Source: Utricularia gibba (lineage: Eukaryota; Plantae; Magnoliophyta). Taken from it: 64,000 bases of DNA. Both the position numbers and the translations under genes were made by a program. How positions within the stretch are numbered: position 1 is the stretch's first letter; every line of letters starts with the position of its first letter. Positions 58,701 through 64,000 of this stretch are shown here, one piece after another. The stretch spans positions 1,240,001-1,304,000 of the forward strand of contig NEEC01000015.1 of the NCBI GenBank assembly GCA_002189035.1, read 5' to 3'. Below the pieces are notes generated by a model, which worked only from the letters and a program-made list of their open reading frames with translations, did no database searches and was not told where the DNA came from.

Positions 58701-60185
58701 CATTATCGTCAAAACAGGAGGCCTCCCTTCTAATTTATCCAAGTCATCTTCATCAAGAATTTCCTTCTTTTTTGCCATTTGTTCAACTTTCACAGACACA
58801 GCATCAATCACTTCCACATTGTAGTCTTTGCAAACCATCTTCACTATGTCTTTGCTCAGTTTTTGCACACCATCAGGCCTAATTCCCTTAGAGTACAGTA
58901 AACCAAGGATTTCACCCTCGCTGATGGCCAAGTTGTAGGCCAATTCTTCTGTTAGCATTCCGTCTTCATCGACTTCCATTATTTCTACTTTGACAGGTGC
59001 AGCATCTCGAGCTGCCTGAAGCCTAGCAGCTTTTCGGCTTGCTTTACTCCACTTTCTACCTTTTCTTCCAGATGAAGCGCCAGGAATAGAACCCCCGAGT
59101 TCAGATGCATCTTCGTCCACAATATCATCTTCTTTGTCAACAAGTCTCCGCCGAAGCCCTCCAGATGGACCACTCTTCTTTCTAAATTCATCTTTAAACT
59201 TACCAGGTGGAGGGCTCTTTCCTGGTTTTGGTGGGGCTAAAACAGCTTGGGCAATCAGAGGGTCAACAACAGGTTTCTTTGATGCAAATTTGTCAACTAA
59301 GATTGGTTTCCTTTTTGGTGGCTTTGTCCCTAAATCACCTTCAAATCCAACAGGTGCTTTAGCAGCAGAATTTACATCCTTCAATATAACAGGTTTCTTC
59401 ACCGGAGGTAATGGAGCTACAGAGGGTTTTGACTGCAACCTTGGCTCAGATTTTAGAGGTGGCGGAGGAGCTATTGGTGCTTTAGCTACAGATTGAGTCG
59501 TTTGTGAAGACCTTGGAGATCCTGTTACATCTCCTTCACCCTTTCCAGGTTCTTGTTTTTGCTGTTCCTTTACAACTTTTTCCACAGTTGCCACTGGATT
59601 TCCCTTCCGCCAGACACTCTTTAATGTCTTGCTCCTGCGATTTGAACCGTCATCAACTGAATTAGATGGAGTACCATTCTTTTGGTTGGGTATCTCAGTG
59701 GTTACACGTTTATTTGAAACATTCGGCTTCTTAATAGTTTCTAGCTTCTCCGCCTTCTCCAAGACCTCTCCTAACGACTCAATAACCCTGCTTCTCCCTT
59801 CCACATTACCAACCTTTCCATTTCCCGGTTTTCCCCCAGGTTGGACATCATCCCATGGAGCACTGCGAAAAGGATCCAGCTTTGAATCCGATTTCAGAAC
59901 TGGCTTGGGAGCAGCTCTAAGAAATGCATCAGCATTATCCTCTTCATCACCTCCATAGGTAGAGTGAAGAGACACTGAAGCCCCTTGCTCAGCGATGGAA
60001 TTGGTGGCCGCCCAAAATCTACCATTTCCAACATACCTCCATCTTTGCCGGCTCCAACACCTTCTAAAACTACTCCCATTTCTTTGAAAAGAGACCCCCC
60101 GCACTAAACAAACAGCGCCCTCAAAATCACCAAAAGAAATCACATTCACACCTCCCAAATTCACCAGGGAAGCTGAAGAAGCCAT
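55707..60185 (-). CDS. FUG1: Translation initiation factor IF-2, chloroplastic
   Basis: Transit peptide and long N-terminal exon; G-domain [33 protein letters not shown]|[19 protein letters not shown]; [20 protein letters not shown]; IILKVDVQ; final exon [21 protein letters not shown]...LEEAGMQL*. Confidence 0.95.
57376..57589. repeat. Imperfect direct duplication (about 95-nt units, 119-nt period) in an IF2 intron
   Basis: 57376-57470 and 57495-57589 both read AAGTAATATTCAGA..GTTTACCAACA.CAGCAGAT..TTTTAAAATAAG...ATCCTT.GAGTAA....AAAATGATA. Confidence 0.85.
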
Positions 60186-60884
60186 CCTAGAACACCTAAA
60201 TATAGCTCACCATTCCAAGGTACTCTACTTACGAAACTCCACTCAATCCGAGAGAAACAACGGAAAAGAATTCGTCCCAACCCAATAAAAGCTCAAAAGT
60301 ATCGAAAAAGAACCTCAAAACCCACCTGCAAGAAACTCCATAACACAGTTGCTGGCGCCGCAAACGATTATGAAATCATTCGAGGCCTGAGATAAGCTTA
60401 TCGCCGGAAGCGAGAGTGCTATGGCCCAGAAATGGTTTCGGTCCTGGGTTATCCTTTGTGTGGCTGGAAAGCCAGGAACTCGAGTGAAAATGGTGCCGAA
60501 TTTGCATGATAAGGTCTTCATTTCCCGTTGCCTCCGTGGCCGCTCAGGGGCCAGCCAGCCCTACACTTCTGATCTCATAAGGAATCTCGTTTTCTAGCCC
60601 TAAATTACACCAATTATAAAATAAAAATTAAATACATAATAAACACATTATGCAAAGATTAATCTGTTTAATCTTTTTCCCCACACCAATCAACTATGTA
60701 ATTAAATCATCTTATCCATCTAATCGTCATTAAGAAAAGATGGCCTGTATATTCCGATATATACAAGAAACAGAGGAACGGCGGAGCAGCGCGGAACTGC
60801 ATCGCGTCGTCTCTTAATTCTGCACATAATCTGCGCCTCAAGCTTCACAGATGTGCAAATGTTTATCGGCTCCCGTCTCGAGAA

Positions 60885-62624
60885 TCATCGCCGGCATTCC
60901 AAGTCGTGGGCGCTGATGAACGTGCCGTGGAAACCGTAGGGGACCCGAGAAGGAAGCTTCACAGTTGCGGTGAGTTGAAGAGTCATGGCGTTCACAATTT
61001 GCAGCTCCGATTCCCATGTTTGTTCGTTGTGGGTGAATACTAAGATGTATCCGTCGTCTTCGGATTCCGAGTCGGGGCTCCGGGGGAGGAAGAGGGGCTC
61101 GCCGCCATATTTATCGTTGCCGTAGATGAACTTTCTGGTTTCTCCGGTGACAAGATCCACTTTTGCGAAACCGGAAACTCTTGGCCACGGCTCGGCGATG
61201 GCAAGATACGCGAACCGGGTTTTTCTCCCCAGTTTGTTCCTGTTTACCATTCCTGCTTCTAAGTTCACTTGATCTGATTCCGACAAGATTCTTCGGCGAG
61301 TTGATTCTCCGGTGGCAGGATTCAGCCTTATTTCTGATAACACGCTCTTTAGTCCCTCTTCGCAGTCGACGAAAATCGAATCCGCCGGAGTCATACAAGA
61401 ACCAATGACAACAATTTCATCGCTATCCTTGTCCTCCCACGCATTCCATAAATGAAAGCAAAAGCAATCAGGAACTTCAATCCATCTAATACCAGAGGCG
61501 TTCGTCGCATACTTGTCAAGCAGACCAAATCTCGACACTTTTTCTCGGTTGAAGACCACCGGAGAACCGCCACGGATCATTTCTGACATTTTGAACTCTA
61601 CCTGCTGATCAGGGATGATCACAAAGTTCTCAGTTATGGCAAAATCGTGCATCATTGTGGGCTCATCAACAGGGACTTCCACGTCCTCTGACTTCAGCCC
61701 ATTTCTCGATACCCAAAAGTACTTCAAATATGGCTTCTGGATCACGTTGTAGCTCAGAGCAAACATCTCCCCTGAAACTGGATCGACCTTGGGATGCGCG
61801 ATCATGGTGGAATCTAATCGCCCCTCAAAATCGTATCTTCCCACAGTTTCAATATCTCCACTTTCGGTCACTCGAACGTGATACGGCAAATCGTCCTCCG
61901 AAATCGCCAGTAGCCGTCGGTTAAAGTAGACTAAACCGGCGTTAGCGACGCCGATACCCTGACTGGAGTCGAGGAGCTTAAACATTCCTCGGGCGAAGAA
62001 AAGCAGCAATCTTGCAATCCCGGTATGCCCGTGAAGTTCCCCGATGGCTTTAGGGAAAATGGGGCGTCCCAAAGCACGCTCTTGAACCAGTCTCTGCGTC
62101 TCTGTGAACCGGCAAGCGTAGCTGACATCTCCGCCGTCGAATTTCACGGCGTGGATCATGCCGTCCCCATCGAATAGGTGATGACCGGATACCGGCTCGA
62201 ATAACGGATTAGCGCCGTTTCTAACATAAACACCCCGAATCCATTCCGGTATCTTCCCAATGACTCGAAGGTTATGCTCCACCGGATGCTCTGGCACAGG
62301 GGAGAAGTTACCGGCTAACTGGACGCGAGGATCAGCAGTTTTGGGAAGTGGGTGTTTCAGCTCCTGCTCCGTCAACGCCTTGTCAACCGCATCCAACGCC
62401 GCCGCCGCCGCGTTTTGAATCCAGTTCCAGCTCTTAGTCTGAACAGGAGCAGGAGCATTGGTTTTACTCCGGAGCAGCCGCGGCGGCGCCGGCGGATGCT
62501 GCGGCATCGATTGTTTTAGAGGGAGATCCACTGTGGGCGTCTGCAAAACACAGTGGACATCGGATAAAACTGGATATCTAGGCTTGGTGTAAGAATTTGC
62601 AGTGGACAGAGAAGAAACAGCCAT
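60885..62624 (-). CDS. NCED: 9-cis-epoxycarotenoid dioxygenase, chloroplastic (ABA biosynthesis), intronless
   Basis: Amphipathic [43 protein letters not shown]...[12 protein letters not shown] and Fe-binding His motifs ([28 protein letters not shown]). The specific paralogue cannot be assigned. Confidence 0.96.
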   Translation of the reverse strand: MAVSSLSTANSYTKPRYPVLSDVHCVLQTPTVDLPLKQSMPQHPPAPPRLLRSKTNAPAPVQTKSWNWIQNAAAAALDAVDKALTEQELKHPLPKTADPRVQLAGNFSPVPEHPVEHNLRVIGKIPEWIRGVYVRNGANPLFEPVSGHHLFDGDGMIHAVKFDGGDVSYACRFTETQRLVQERALGRPIFPKAIGELHGHTGIARLLLFFARGMFKLLDSSQGIGVANAGLVYFNRRLLAISEDDLPYHVRVTESGDIETVGRYDFEGRLDSTMIAHPKVDPVSGEMFALSYNVIQKPYLKYFWVSRNGLKSEDVEVPVDEPTMMHDFAITENFVIIPDQQVEFKMSEMIRGGSPVVFNREKVSRFGLLDKYATNASGIRWIEVPDCFCFHLWNAWEDKDSDEIVVIGSCMTPADSIFVDCEEGLKSVLSEIRLNPATGESTRRRILSESDQVNLEAGMVNRNKLGRKTRFAYLAIAEPWPRVSGFAKVDLVTGETRKFIYGNDKYGGEPLFLPRSPDSESEDDGYILVFTHNEQTWESELQIVNAMTLQLTATVKLPSRVPYGFHGTFISAHDLECRR

Positions 62625-62712
62625 GTGGTGCCGGCGTTGGTATCTCAGCGAACGTGTGTGCCGGTTGGTGTGGTGGTTGTTGAGACTCTGACCCGATTGA
62701 TGATCTGAAGGT

Positions 62713-62720
62713 TATTTATA
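62713..62720 (-). promoter_or_regulatory. TATA box of NCED
   Basis: TATAAATA on the minus strand about 90 nt upstream of the ATG, followed by a CA-rich leader. Confidence 0.55.
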
Positions 62721-64000
62721 GAAGGAGGGGACGCACACTCGCCAGCCCCAGCCCACGACTGCAACACTTCATCATCATCATCATCACTCTTCCATCATCT
62801 TCTTTGAAAACCATACCTATTTCATCACTCAACTTCAATTTCTTCCAACATACTCTTCTCAACAAAAATTCTCTTTATGGTTAAAATCAGCATTTTCCAT
62901 ACCTTTGTATTTGATTTAGTGTATTATTATTACTATAACCTTTTTTTTTTTACATTGTAACTGTAATTGTGTAGTCATCAGTGTTACAACGAGGACAAAA
63001 ATTAATTGCGTCATCAAGCAAACCCTAAAAAACTAGGTTTTCATGTAGGATCTGAATACTGTTGGAAAGTCAAAATGCAAAACATAGAAATGGGTGATTA
63101 GTACATTAAAAAACGAAATTAATATAATAATAAATATTATAATAAAATAAAATACTATTTAAAAAAGTGATTTTAATGAAAAAAAAGTATTATTTTTTAT
63201 ACAACCCAATTAACCTAAAAGACAAACCCCAAAATCCAAGGGCACAACTCCTAATTTCATATGAATAAAAGTTATCCAATTGTATTATAAAAGTGATCAC
63301 TATGTTTTTTAGGTGTGTAATAAAATTGATCATCGTATATATCAAATTTTGATTGTACTATATGAAATAAAAAATTACGATGATAAATTTTCTAAATGAT
63401 GAATCAAATGCAGGTGGGCAGAGGAGGATGTCAATTGCAAATTTACTACTACCAATTTCGTAGATTGACCGGGTGGGAGCATTCTAAGGATCCATCCCAT
63501 GATGAGATCCGACCATGAGCCTTAAATGTGACACGCGTTCGTTGGTAAGTGGTCACCTCATCCGCTAAAAGAAAATTTAATAAACTATTCGGATAGGCCA
63601 CACGCCTGGCTGCCTGCGCAGTTCAAGCTCCGCTGTCAGCAACCTCCGCTCCCTGTTCCTTTTTTTTGTCGTCAGCGTGCGCATGAAAGGGGGAGTCAAT
63701 TCCTCATGTCCCTCTCTGTCCGAATGCAAACAACCAAGACAATGGTGTTTTATGGCTGTTAATCGAGATTAAGGGTGTCGACTGGAGAATTAGTATTCCT
63801 AGATATTTTAATTTATTCGATAATAAATAATAATAAAATTTGTATTTAAATAAATATCATTTATCACATATTAAAATATTCATAATATATGATTGAAGTA
63901 ATAATGTACTCTGACATGATTGAATTAATTAAATCTATCTAATAAATAAATGGATTTTTCATCATAAATACAATCTTAAATAAGAAAAAATGATTGAATA

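Noticed and set aside
1-64000. rRNA, tRNA, conserved miRNA, CRISPR arrays, intact transposons
   Set aside because: None recognised by eye. tRNAscan-SE, Rfam and a TE library search would be needed to exclude divergent cases.

Overview
Gene-dense plant (eudicot-like) nuclear DNA with AT-rich spacers and spliceosomal introns. No rRNA, tRNA or CRISPR features were seen, and the species cannot be named from this window. I can support 18 protein-coding loci, in this order: ATHB52-like HD-Zip I, MMS21 SUMO ligase, DUF1685-type protein, HCF243-like, SPEAR/TIE-like EAR repressor, a small Pro/Cys-rich cell-surface protein, TTL (TPR-thioredoxin), a 591-aa putative plastid protein, a P-class PPR, an NHL-repeat protein, two tandem LRR-malectin receptor kinases, LIP5/VTA1, a GH17 glucanase, a plant SH2-domain protein, FAP3, chloroplast IF2 and an NCED. 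The most notable observations are: (1) an 807-nt tract spanning three introns is almost identical between the two receptor kinases while their ectodomains have diverged, suggesting gene conversion; (2) four separate frameshifts are all one-base contractions of G/C runs, more likely assembly error than real pseudogenisation; (3) a CATG/RY-dense island lies near 1.3-1.6 kb; (4) a promoter-like, splice-signal-bearing region at 2.0-3.4 kb has no recognisable ORF; (5) a Tourist-like MITE sits just upstream of LIP5. All family assignments come from motif recognition and recollection; no database searches were run. I found no clearly new biological system.
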